A DNA stretch of 32,545 bases from Octopus bimaculoides (GCF_001194135.2 NC_068992.1:66823976-66856520); one strand, 5' to 3'. Numbered from the stretch's first letter, positions 10,947 to 22,590 are shown. Notes: generated from the sequence alone by a model not told the origin. Numbers and translations are program-made.

Positions 10947-11186
10947 ATGATAACAATCATAGGGGCAAAGACGAAACCTGTAATTAAAGTTTATTGACTG
11001 AGCGATGTCGTTGAAGCCGCCAATGCGGTGTCTGCTAACAGTTTGCAATTTGTATGTTTCTTCTGTATTATTTCCCAGCCAAGGCTGGCAACTCCTGCGT
11101 TGCATATTGCTGTCTATGGAAACTCATAAGTATCATATATATCTACGTTTAGTTGGATAGACATGGCTTTGTGGGTCAGGACTTAC

Positions 11187-11318
11187 CATCACAATTCCAT
11201 GCTTCTGATTTCGGATTTAATGTGCACTTCCTTGGATAAGTACATTCTTCCATAGGATCGATTTAAGCAATGGCTTCAACGGGGAATTTTGGAGACGGAA
11301 ATTCAGCGGTAACTTGCC
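11187..11318 (-). CDS. Candidate 132-nt exon: either 5'UTR plus start (MEECTYPRKCTLNPKSEAWNCD...) or a phase 1-1 pseudo-exon with one TAA
   Basis: (TG)n-TACAG|G acceptor, ATG|GTAAGT donor. In-frame TAA (11265-11263) lies 9 nt upstream of an ATG at 11253. No homology recognised. Confidence 0.3.
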
Positions 11319-12535
11319 CTGTACACACACACACACACACGCATACACACGCACAAATACACACACACATAGATGCATATAGTATGTAGGTGCATGTGTG
11401 TGCGTATCGTGTTTCATCATTATGTAGCGGTGAAATATGTAAACATTTGAGAAACACCGAAGCATTTTAAAGGAGATCATTTCCTAAAAGATTCCTTTGC
11501 ACGGGGTCCTAAATACTCCTCCCTCGCAGCTCTCCCCATCAATAATACACAGAACCAGTAATTGACTCATTGGAACAGGTAACTGATGACAGCCTTCTTT
11601 ACTAATTGCTATAGAAAATAAACTAAATACTAAATACATATACACGGTACCAATGCATTTAACAAAGGATTCACCTGATCGATTTTGAAAGAAGCGTTTA
11701 ATATGGAGGGTGTCAAGTGTTGATGATGAAATTTAATGAAGTGGAGAAACGGTAAAGAAACAGGGAGCGTCATGCTAAAGGACTTCTGCAAAGAAATAGT
11801 TATTTTATTAGAATTAATACAACGAACGCAACATGGCCCCAAGCATCAGTGTAGCGATAGAGCGGTGTATTAGCAAAGGAAACAGTTTCTTTCTTTGCCT
11901 TTTCCTTCTCTCTTGATATAAATATGTATATATATGCATGCACATGTGTGTGTGTGTGAGGGCACATATGTATATATGTACATATGTATATAATCCCACT
12001 GTTGGTTGATTGACTTTAAATGAAGTTGCGATATACACAGAAGAAACCACCTCGGTGTACAAATGAGTTATTAGAGGCAAACCTATTGATTGCCTTATAT
12101 ATTTATGAGTTAAACTGCAAGTCTGTGTAGAATAAAAGTAATGCTCGATATATTTGTCACTGCAAGTTTGTATAGAGAAGACGCAGGTTTGGTGACCACA
12201 ATTTTTCTGCTATATACTTTGGAGATTCATGATCGAGCTCATTGTTGCCGGCTGTTGTTAACCATATATCTGCTTTATCGATTTTAGATTTCGCGGGGCT
12301 AAACGTAAAATCGATAAGACAGAGGCTTCATAAATTCTCATGGACATCAACAATTGTAGCAGACGTTCATGTGGCTGGAATTTCTCCACTATATCGATCA
12401 ATTCCAGTATTTCGATTGATCAGTGTGAAATGAGACATTTAAAAGTATTTTCTGCTAAATGCATTTCTACATGCCTCTTCTTTGTTGTTCTTTAGTCATG
12501 ATTAAAGTCGGCAGCGAATAATCGTTGTGGAAATA

Positions 12536-13083
12536 ACACACGCACACACACGCACACACACGCACACACACACACACACGCACACNNNNNNNNNNNNNNN
12601 NNNNNNNNNNNNNNNNNNNNNNNNNNNNNNNNNNNNNNNNNNNNNNNNNNNNNNNNNNNNNNNNNNNNNNNNNNNNNNNNNNNNNNNNNNNNNNNNNNNN
12701 NNNNNNNNNNNNNNNNNNNNNNNNNNNNNNNNNNNNNNNNNNNNNNNNNNNNNNNNNNNNNNNNNNNNNNNNNNNNNNNNNNNNNNNNNNNNNNNNNNNN
12801 NNNNNNNNNNNNNNNNNNNNNNNNNNNNNNNNNNNNNNNNNNNNNNNNNNNNNNNNNNNNNNNNNNNNNNNNNNNNNNNNNNNNNNNNNNNNNNNNNNNN
12901 NNNNNNNNNNNNNNNNNNNNNNNNNNNNNNNNNNNNNNNNNNNNNNNNNNNNNNNNNNNNNNNNNNNNNNNNNNNNNNNNNNNNNNNNNNNNNNNNNNNN
13001 NNNNNNNNNNNNNNNNNNNNNNNNNNNNNNNNNNNNNNNNNNNNNNNNNNNNNNNNNNNNNNNNNNNNNNNNNNNNNNNNNNN

Positions 13084-13131
<48 letters not shown>
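12536..13131. repeat. (CA)n and (CT)n microsatellites flanking a gap
   Basis: Directly visible. Confidence 0.95.
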
Positions 13132-13132
<1 letters not shown>

Positions 13133-13339
13133 CACAACTTACACACGGATCCCGTTGCAATAGAGAGGTGTTACATTTGTGAAAATTTTGCATCGATATG
13201 GACTGACCTAGCGGTATATCTATCACTTCCTTGACTTCCATGAAACAGAAGTCAACGGGAAAACGGGTTTTGCATTACTGAAATTACATGAAAATGCATA
13301 CAATTGCGCAACAATTCCGTGACAGAAAGGTGCCTGTAA

Positions 13340-13382
<43 letters not shown>
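13340..13382. repeat. (ATCT)n microsatellite
   Basis: Directly visible. Confidence 0.97.
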
Positions 13383-13384
13383 TC

Positions 13385-13638
13385 AAGACATCATAAAGAA
13401 GAATGTAGAATTATACATCTTCAAAGATAGTTTATAACAGTATCATTTTCAATAAATTCGCATTAGATTCCAGTCCGTAACATTCCTATGCAGCTTTGCT
13501 CAAAATTCAAATGACATTAGGACATTATGCAGCAGAAACACGTGTCGGTTTGGAATCTAATGTGAATTTAATGAACATAATACTCTTATAAACAAGTTTT
13601 GAAGATGTGTAATTCTCCATTTGTCTTTTTGGTGTCTT
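13385..13638. repeat. Long inverted repeat (93-bp arms, 68-bp spacer); fold-back/MITE-like
   Basis: 13385-13477 vs reverse complement of 13546-13638 align without gaps at 77/93 identity (manual count). Confidence 0.92.
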
Positions 13639-13949
13639 CGTTATATACTCTGTAGGCTGTCTATGAAGCGACTCTGGATTTCCCGGTCGAGTAATTATTT
13701 ATCTTAAACAATTCGGGTTGTTACCTATTATTCGGTGTGGTTAACCAGATCTGGAGTGTTAATAAGGTGCCTGCTCGGATTCCAGATTTCTTTACATGAC
13801 ACACACACACAACGTCCCTTTATTTGTAACACCTAACTGTCTGGATGTTTTGCGTTCTTGTCCCATTTTTGTATTTTTTTATATATAAAAATATAGCAGC
13901 GTACGTACACTTTGGTCTCTTATATGTAATGTATACGTATACACACACA

Positions 13950-14068
<119 letters not shown>

Positions 14069-16109
14069 TAGTATAGGACTCCCTTATTCTATGATGTATA
14101 TATTTGTTGTATGATGCATATATGTTATACATTGTGTATATGTACAAGTGCAATGGATGCTGAGAATAAACAGGTTTTTTCAAATCCATTTTGAGCGGGA
14201 CAGAGGAACATAATTGTTTAATATCATCTGATAATAATACGGTGACATGTTAGCTGGACAGATTCAGGGAGTCTGATTATAAGTTGTCTGTAATATTGTG
14301 CGTATATATATATCTGAGATAAGGCTTAAAGCAAGCATTCTATATTGATCCGATTATTAATCCCCAGAGGTGAAGCAACACAGTTTGTAATTGCAGGTTA
14401 GACATTATACAGAAATTCAAATGATGTGACGTCATGAAGTAATGTGGTCATTACAGAGGAACGCTAATATTGACGATTTGAAGAAAAATCAAAGAGATCG
14501 GACATAAATAATCCATGAGAGGATTTATATTATAACAACAAGCTATGGAAACAAGTTAATTATACTAATTATCTTTACTAATTACATTAGAAATCTATGT
14601 TTGACTATGCTGTTTGTTTACAGCTAGTTAGGATAATGAGAAAGACTTAGATGTCTTGCATGTTAATGCAGAACAACACCAGAGTTGGAATATTAGCCAC
14701 ACCCAACGAAGGAGACTACATGGAGTCATATGACTATTAGAAATAGCAGTCAAAAATTTCCTCAGATCACACTTAACCGTTTAACTGGAACGACATATTG
14801 GATAATATAGTTCTAGTCGTATAAACAGGCCTAGTGGCTACAAATAGAATGTATAATTCTAAGTGTATGATATACTGTCACAGGTGTATAATACACGGGT
14901 TTACATAAGGCTAAAATCATCTCCACAACCACCACCACCACCACCACCAATAATAGTAACAACAACAACACATATCATGAGTTGATCTTTAGTCATGATA
15001 GTAACAACGTCGACTCTCGTAATCAGTTAATCTCTCGAGAATCTCACTTGGTTGGTATTCATAATTTAGGGTCTCGCTTGAAACCATTTCCTTTCATTTA
15101 CATCGGTAAATTCTTCGAAGAAAGAATTAATGTCACCTCTCTTAATTTTAGCTGAAAATATCAAACAATGCCTGACTAGTCAAAAGGAATTGGTATTTTC
15201 TGACAAATAGAAAAGGAAGATATTAAATATGTAAAACTAATATTTAGAATAGATCTGTTCGCTTTTGATAAAAGTGTACCATCGCGTTTAACTGAAGACA
15301 TTTTAATGTTGAAGGAATATTCATGAGTCTTGGTATTAGCGGTTGAACAGCAGAAATGGTGGTTATCGCGGAAATACGATGGTTTATTTGCATTTTGATT
15401 CAGAACGGTGTTTTGAAATTCTATGATATATGTTGGCATTCTAAATTGTATTATAGAATATGGACGGATAACTTTACACCATTCTGAAAGTCATATTTGA
15501 TGCAAATCACCATAAAGTGATGGCGAGATACTGCAAAGCTATGTCTATGATGAAGGCTGGATTCCCAACTGAGATATTTCCTTTCAACTCTTTCTATTAG
15601 CGATTTCGGGCCGTATTAAGCAAGTTGTACAATGATGGGATTTATCAGACCGACTTTCTCTCCATATAATAAATGGAGAAATATTCAAATTTAAATTTTA
15701 CACCTGCAGAAAATGTCTGCAGTGTTCGATTATTGAGCAACGGACGAAGATATAAAGTTATAAATGTTCAGAACGACAAGAATGCATTAAAATAATTTAC
15801 TTATTAGCTTTCTGAAATCGAATTATTTCTTCTATCTCAGGCTATCCTTGCTATTCAATAAACACAATAAAATCAATAATCGAAGTAGTAAGAATATTAA
15901 TCGAATCTTATTAAATTATAATTGTACACAAATTGTAATTGTTTCAATGAAAATGCTATTTAGAAATGGTGTCAGAATATTTCACCACAACAGAAACACT
16001 CGTATCCCAAAATGGTAGTTCTCTTTTAGGACAAGATGTGCCTCCTATTAAATGAAGAAAGAAACATCACTTTTAAAGTGAGATTTCACGACGAAAACCC
16101 ACAAGCACC

Positions 16110-16430
16110 AAAAATAACACATCGGCCAAGAAATTAACGCAACAGGAAATCAAACTGTTAGAAAATTGACTGAAGTTCACCCCGCCCCGAAAGCAGATCA
16201 AACCGATCTTATAAGAAAATACAGAAGATTTTTGTCGAACATTACGTCGAGGAGAATTCTTCTAGGGTGTAGAATATGGGGAGGAATCACTATTGAAAAA
16301 CAAAAAGAACTTCGAACCCCGCTAAATAGAGACAGACACCTCGAAGAATACATAACCTGCCTACGTCGATTAGCACAGTCAAATATTAAAGAGACAGTAA
16401 GGGGTGGCCAGAGTATGCATGTTAATAAAC
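16110..16430 (+). mobile_element. Penelope-like element ORF remnant (N-terminal, pre-RT region), multiply disrupted
   Basis: Frames stitch to KKLTQQEIKLLEN*LKFTPAPKADQTDLI-ENTEDFCRTLRRGEFF*...SLLKNKKNFEP-PLNRDRHLEEYITCL, matching the PLE motif L-T/S-x-x-E-x-x-LL-x-KGL-x-F-x-P-x-P...F-x-R-x-LR-x-x-EFF...F-x-P-x-x-x-RD-x-x-L-D/E-x-YI. Confidence 0.75.
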
Positions 16431-16454
16431 CGTTGTTACCAATAAGAAGGTAAA

Positions 16455-16900
16455 TACTCGGGTGGATAGGGCTCTTGTCCAAAATTAGTAGCACTTTCAT
16501 CTCAGTAGTAAATTCGAGACAGTTTCCTGATAAACCGCAGGGATGTAATTCAAGAAATACCAGTAAAAATGTGCATGATAAACGACGATCTCCGAAATGG
16601 TAGATAATGCAATTTCAAAATTCTCGGATGTTTCGACTTCTTTATTTGCGCTAACTTTCAAAGGTACAAACCATCTGAATTCATGGGACACCAGAAAACG
16701 TTCCTAACTAAATTGACGATGGCCTGTAGAATTCCTGAGTTTTCTTCTAGAGACGACTTTAAGAATTCGGTCTTGGAGTTTTATGAGATATGAATTATTT
16801 CATTTCTCAAAGTTTGGATTTAATCCGAATTTGTTGATGCACTTTGCTGTAGAACATCTCCTCCCGCAGGGAATTCTTTCAAATGTCATAGAAATTTCAA
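16455..16900 (-). mobile_element. pogo/Tigger (DDE_1-type) transposase remnant
   Basis: Minus-strand frames give MNSDG...KKSKHPRILKLHYLPF, then WYFLNYIPAV, then MKVLLILDKSPIHP, in the order expected for NADG...K-S-K-x-PR...LP...W-F...F-I-P-x-V...KVLLILDNAP-x-HP. Core support is 16460-16700; the outer boundary is approximate. Confidence 0.75.
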
Positions 16901-17228
16901 CTCAATATTTACGTCAGTTCTTCGTTGTTTTGTCCCGCGAGTCTATATATTTTTAGCTCAAAGTCGCATTTGTTTATGGCTGGTGAATATCCTGCGTGTG
17001 TTTATGAAACCGAGTACTTTATAAACTCAAATGTATACACAGTTACCTGCGATACATCTGAACCGATATGCAAAAATACTTTTAAAAGATATACTTCCAG
17101 TTATTATTAATTCTTCTAACGTTCATAATTTTTTATTCATTTACGTTTTAGGTTTCTTTTCGAGATTTTTTATCGGATGCTGATAAAAGAATCGATCCAT
17201 ATTGTACCTTTGCGACATAGCAATAACT

Positions 17229-17251
17229 CTTTCTTTCTTTCTTTCTTTCTT

Positions 17252-17323
<72 letters not shown>
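17229..17323. repeat. (TTTC)n plus (TA)n microsatellite
   Basis: Directly visible. Confidence 0.96.
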
Positions 17324-17324
<1 letters not shown>

Positions 17325-17327
<3 letters not shown>

Positions 17328-17518
17328 CATTTCATCATGTCGAACCGTTAATCCCTACACATTGTTTTCTCTCTCCTTCGTTTTCTTTCTCTCGAAGAGT
17401 ATAGGCTCGAATCGTCAAAGACTTTTCCATTCTTCCCATGCGTTAAACTAACACATTTGCTTGTTGTTCCCTGACCTGTCTTCGTCTTTTTTTCTACATA
17501 TTTGAACTATATATATAT
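17325..17518 (+). mobile_element. Penelope-type terminal-repeat (pseudo-LTR) fragment with decayed hammerhead motif
   Basis: GAAGAGTATAGGCTCGAATCGTCAAAGACTTTTCC...GTCTTCGTCTTTT...CTATATATAT resembles an abundant octopus repeat I recall (GAAGAGCGTAGGCTCGAAACGT) and keeps minimal hammerhead topology. Bounded by TA tracts. Confidence 0.65.
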
Positions 17519-17781
17519 AATGCAAATTCATCGATGAATGATTGACAAACGTTTGTAATAGCAGTGTGCTTTTGAATCATATTAATATGAAAAAAAATAA
17601 TCGCATATTCACGAATACAAAATCGGCCTTCAATTGTACACGAATGCGTTTATGGTGTATACACCCATTTACACCTGCTTAACCTATATACGTGCATATA
17701 GAGTTATAAAAATTTTGCCAGACTTAAGCGCATATTTAGATATTCAATACACATACATTAGACATATAAAGTGCAACTTAC

Positions 17782-17881
17782 CTTACTTCGAATATGTGTC
17801 TTTCGGCACAATACTTGTATATTAGAAAGTCTAGCCTCATCCCTTATACGGATGCATATCTTATGCTTGCTACTGCGGCAT
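17782..17881 (-). other. Candidate 100-nt exon (coding status unknown)
   Basis: CGTTTTAG|A acceptor and AAG|GTAAGT donor; one frame open (CRSSKHKICIRIRDEARLSNIQVLCRKTHIRSK). Not joinable in frame to other candidates. Confidence 0.15.
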
Positions 17882-17986
17882 CTAAAACGATTGCTTTCGG
17901 GAAATAAGAGCCACTATTTATGATATTCTAAAATTCTTACATATTATTATTATTATTATTATTATTATTGGTATTATTATTATTAT

Positions 17987-18452
17987 TGCTGTTGTTTTTT
18001 TTTCTTCTTTCTTCAAATTTTCTTCTATTTCTCGCCGTGTGTTTTCCGTACACCTGGGGTAGAGAAGCTTATTGTACGCATTCCCAGTTTACACGCGCAA
18101 ATTCACAGGTAAAATATATATTAAAAAAAAAACTAATAAATAAATAAATTCATGAATAGATGTTGTTTTCACAGCGATAATGCTCTTCTCAGTACATGAG
18201 TCGTTTCAGTTAACACGATTTTTTGCACTTCCTGTAGGGATGGTAAGCCTGGTATCATTTCCAAATAGGTTTCAGTATCCCCTTTTTTTTATCACTCCTA
18301 GAGATCCTACAATCACTGGTACGGTAGTCGCCTTGAGGTGCCACATTTTTTTCAATTTCTATTAGCAAGTCTTTATATTTACTGATCTTGTCAAATTCTT
18401 TCGCCGCTATATTATGATTGCAAGGAATACTCATGTCAATTAATAAACACAC
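17987..18452 (-). mobile_element. 5'-truncated R4/Dong-like non-LTR retrotransposon (RLE domain C-terminus plus 3'UTR)
   Basis: CLLIDMSIPCNHNIAAKEFDKISKYKDLLIEIEK / MWHLKATTVPVIVGSLGVIKK / TETYLEMIPGLPSLQEVQKIVLTETTHVLRRA; the two frameshifts fall in A homopolymers. Matches the restriction-like endonuclease C-terminus of R4-clade elements. Confidence 0.88.
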
Positions 18453-18454
18453 CT

Positions 18455-18462
18455 TTTATTAA

Positions 18463-18531
<69 letters not shown>

Positions 18532-18745
18532 CATTATTATTATTATTATTATTATCGTCGTTGTTATCATTGGTATTATTATTATTATGATTATTATTAT
18601 TATCATTATTGCTGTTATTATTATTATTATTGTTGCTGTTATCATTTTTCATAATTATTTTTTGATATTACTACCATTATTTATTATCGTTGTTATTTTT
18701 TATTATTATCCTTATTTTATCATAATTATTTAAGATTTCTATTAA

Positions 18746-18800
<55 letters not shown>
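18455..18800. repeat. Long interrupted (ATT)n microsatellite; a shorter one lies at 17942-17986
   Basis: Directly visible. Confidence 0.96.
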
Positions 18801-18805
<5 letters not shown>

Positions 18806-19069
18806 TTTTTTTGTCGTTATGACAGCGGCTAAATAAAAGAAAGACAGGAGACATTTATTTGATTAAGAGCTTACCGTAATCTTCATTATTCCCTTATTTC
18901 CTCTTCCTTTTCCTTTCTAACGCACGAGTTTCATTAGAATCTTCTAGGTTTTCTCTCAGCCGTCATATTCACCCTTTATCCTTATTCCTTCCAATACAGC
19001 ACTATTTATACAAGTGGTTTCATTTCCGTTCCAATAGTTTTACATTTGTCAGCCTCTTTTCTTTCTCTC

Positions 19070-19257
19070 CTGCGTCTCCTCCTCCTGCTGATCCGCCTCC
19101 TCGTCGTCAACGTCTCCTCCTCCTCCTCAAACACCACCAAAAACCACCACCATAACTTTCCATTCTTTCTCTGTATTTTTCTCCATAATTTTCTAGTTTT
19201 TCTTTCTTTTCATCATCTCTATTTTCCCCTCCTCCTCCTCCTCCTCCTCCTCCTTCT

Positions 19258-19289
<32 letters not shown>

Positions 19290-19335
19290 TTCTTCTTCTC
19301 CTCCTCCTCCTTCACCTCCACCATTTTCTTCTTCT
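19070..19335. repeat. (CCT)n/(CTT)n low-complexity tract
   Basis: Directly visible. Confidence 0.9.
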
Positions 19336-19506
19336 GGCATCCAATGTCTTCGATTAAGACTGTTCCACTATTGATTTCATTATTAATTTATTCCGGACAT
19401 TCTAACTTTGGCCGCTATTTTGGCAGCAGATCCAAAGGATTCATGTTATTCTTGCAGTGAACCATGGGATTCTCCTCATTGCTATTCATGAGTTTCGCTT
19501 CCATGT

Positions 19507-19507
<1 letters not shown>

Positions 19508-19576
<69 letters not shown>

Positions 19577-19800
19577 ACACGCCCGCGCACGCGCACAGAG
19601 ATACGCACACACACTCACACATGTATATCATAAACACAAATATCGATATTACGCACATAACGCACTATTGAGAAAATATGAAGTCAGTGAATCAAACGCA
19701 CATACATACACACATACATATATACATACATATAGACATACATGCATACCTACGCACATACATACACGCTCTTTAGAAATTCACATAAAACATGCACAAA
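19508..19800. repeat. (CA)n and degenerate CA/CATA tract
   Basis: Directly visible. Confidence 0.9.
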
Positions 19801-20508
19801 CGTATACGTAAACTAGTATATTAAAAATGAGAAACAACGTGAACATCTCAGGTTCATATGAATGTGCGTATATATTTATCCATATCAATACACATATTTA
19901 CATATCTATATATACGCATACATATATATACAAGGGAAAGGTTGACAGCAATTTCGAAGTTTCGTGGTTGATATGATTAACCAGGCTGTGAGTTTTTATA
20001 TACACAGGTCTGTCTTGTAAGTAGATTATAGCTCTAGATTATATAGATTATATATATATATATTAGAAAATGTGTGAAATCCTTGGTACAATTAAGTATA
20101 TCTGAAGAAAAGAAAACAAATGCTTTTGGTAGTTCTAATCAGTTTTATTTATAATTTTTTAATCTTTTTGTAATATAAATTTTACATTTAGTTCGTAGAT
20201 TTAGTAAGTTCCTTGTTAATACACACACCCTCACCCCTTCTCTTTCTCTCTCTCCCACACACATACTTCTACTATCTGCATGGCATTGCAAGTAACAAGA
20301 AAATAATCATGTTTATATAAGTGCATACATATGTAAATACATATATAAATATATACATAGACGCATATGTCAATGTTCATTTTGATGCTATAACAAAGAC
20401 AATTTTACATTGAATTAGACGACCACTCACCATATTTGGGACAAATTTATTATTCTTGAACAAGGACAGTATTGGCTGTGACTTCGAAGTCTCAGACATC
20501 ATCGGACT

Positions 20509-20511
<3 letters not shown>

Positions 20512-20544
<33 letters not shown>

Positions 20545-20626
20545 ACTTTATCCTTTTCTTGTTATGTATATGTGTGTGTGAAAATGTATCTGTGCGCGCG
20601 TGTGTGAGTGTGTGTGCGTATGCGTT

Positions 20627-20720
<94 letters not shown>

Positions 20721-21118
20721 TGCGTGTGTGAGTGTGTGTGCGTGTGCTCACGCGTGTGTGTGTGCGTGCATGAGCACGTGTGTGTGTATTTCGCATGCCG
20801 AAATCGAATCGTTATAGTCTACAAATACAACTATTTAGAAAAAAGTCTGACAGCTTTTTCGTACTTGCTCGCTAAAAGAGAAACAGGGAGAGAGAGAAAG
20901 AAAGAGAATGAGAGAGTGAGGAAGAGAGAATGAGAGAGTGAGGGAGAGAGAGAGGAGGAGATAAAGAGTTACGGAATGATAGAATTAATGGTTAAAACGA
21001 CCTTCAGTGTTTCCATTTAAGATTTTTTTTTTCATCTCTATCGTTAATTTATGAGCTTGTTAAATGTAGAACTGCCGCGAGACATACGTTCTAATCTTCA
21101 TTATTTATCTGGATCTTT

Positions 21119-21180
<62 letters not shown>

Positions 21181-21354
21181 GTAAGACATGATTACGTTTC
21201 ATTCTTCTGCTTTATCAGCAACAAGATTTATTATAAAATCTAAAGAAACGAATGTTCTATATGCTCGTCATCTGAGGATGATTGGTTGTTTACAAGAAAG
21301 TTGTGTCTAGCAATTCATACACTAACAACCAAGTATAAAGTCTATGTACTTATC

Positions 21355-21428
<74 letters not shown>

Positions 21429-21535
21429 NNNNNNNNNNNNNNNNNNNNNNNNNNNNNNNNNNNNNNNNNNNNNNNNNNNNNNNNNNNNNNNNNNNNNNNN
21501 NNNNNNNNNNNNNNNNNNNNNNNNNNNNNNNNNNN

Positions 21536-21576
<41 letters not shown>

Positions 21577-21668
21577 TTTAGGTAAGCATGCACCAACAAA
21601 GTCTTTAATGGACACAGATATGCATACATAAAACCTAACGTGCATATACAGATGCCCCACTTTCTCTT

Positions 21669-21729
<61 letters not shown>

Positions 21730-21750
21730 TACACATACACACGCATACAC
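20512..21750. repeat. Cluster of microsatellites: (TA)n, (TG)n, GA-rich, (ATT)n at ~21119-21180, (TA)n(TG)n, (CT)n(CA)n
   Basis: Directly visible, interspersed with short unique sequence. Confidence 0.9.
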
Positions 21751-22404
21751 AGAAACGATAACTGAAAAGGAGCTTAAATAGTGAAGGTGAAGAAGATTAA
21801 GTGTCTTGAAGAAGATGTAGAGAATGACTACGAAATGGTCAGTGTTGCTTTTGGAGGTGGTGAAAAGCCGAAATTATATACGAATGAAGAGTAAAAGGAA
21901 TTTATCAAGACGAAAGAAACGAAACATGGTGCAGTTGAAGAATTGCGATAAATATAAAAGGAGAGAGAGAGAGAGAGAGTGAGTAATATGGATAAATCAA
22001 AGGAAGAAACGAGAAGAAAAGATTAACGAAATTTTTGGGAAACAGAAAAGAATGGAGATCTGTAGACGGCTGAAAACAGATTTCTGTCAAGTCTTTTATT
22101 TCATCAAATATCATTGAAATGAGAAAGTAGAGAACGATGTAACAAAAAAAAAAAACAAAAAAAAACTTGATACCAGTTGCGCAGAGTAATTGAGGTTGTA
22201 AACCATTGAACATTGTATTTTCATACAAATACCATTAACGGAAGACAGAAATATAAGTAAATGAAATATGGTAATAATATGTGCTTATTAATAATTGATT
22301 AAAAGATGAGTTGATGTATAATTTATCGTTTAAATGAAGAAGGTCAGTATATTGCTTGTGCCATTAGCCATTACAAATGACGATCATAAATATGTATGGC
22401 TGTA

Positions 22405-22590
22405 TCTTTTGAATTACGTGATTCAGTCGTTAGACTGTGGCCATACTGGGGCACCACATTGAAGAGGTTTTAGCCAAAATGAATCGATCCCTGGACTTAT
22501 TTGTCTAAAGGTCGTACTTATTTTATCACTAAGTTATAGAATCGTAAACACTCTAACACTGGCTGACAGGTAGTGGCGGGGAACAAACAC
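22405..22590 (-). mobile_element. tRNA-derived SINE 3' portion (related octopus family), antisense
   Basis: TTCAGTCGTTAGACTGTGGCCATACTGGGGCACCACATTGAAGAGGTTTTAG...AATCGATCCCTGGACTTAT...CGTAAACACTCTAACAC...GTGGCGGGGAACAAACAC matches the reverse complement of a common octopus SINE tail, as recalled. Confidence 0.75.

Noticed and set aside
10886-11006. Poly-Ala / poly-Gln reading of the GCN tract as a transcription-factor exon
   Set aside because: Both frames stop within a few to ~20 codons and no domain is adjacent.
11531-11579. Plus-strand segment with good acceptor (CCTCCCTCGCAG) and CAG|GTAACT donor
   Set aside because: Stops in all three frames; no support beyond the motifs.
16824-16835. 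ATCCGAATTTGT, identical to the 3' half of mature miR-10
   Set aside because: The seed and 5' half (TACCCTGTAG) are absent, no precursor hairpin is evident, and it lies inside the Tigger remnant.
20431-20509. Minus-strand segment with ATG|GTGAGT donor and open frame SPMMSETSKSQPILSLFKNNKFVPNM
   Set aside because: The acceptor is only (TA)n-AAG, and its phase is incompatible with the next candidate exon (immediate stop).
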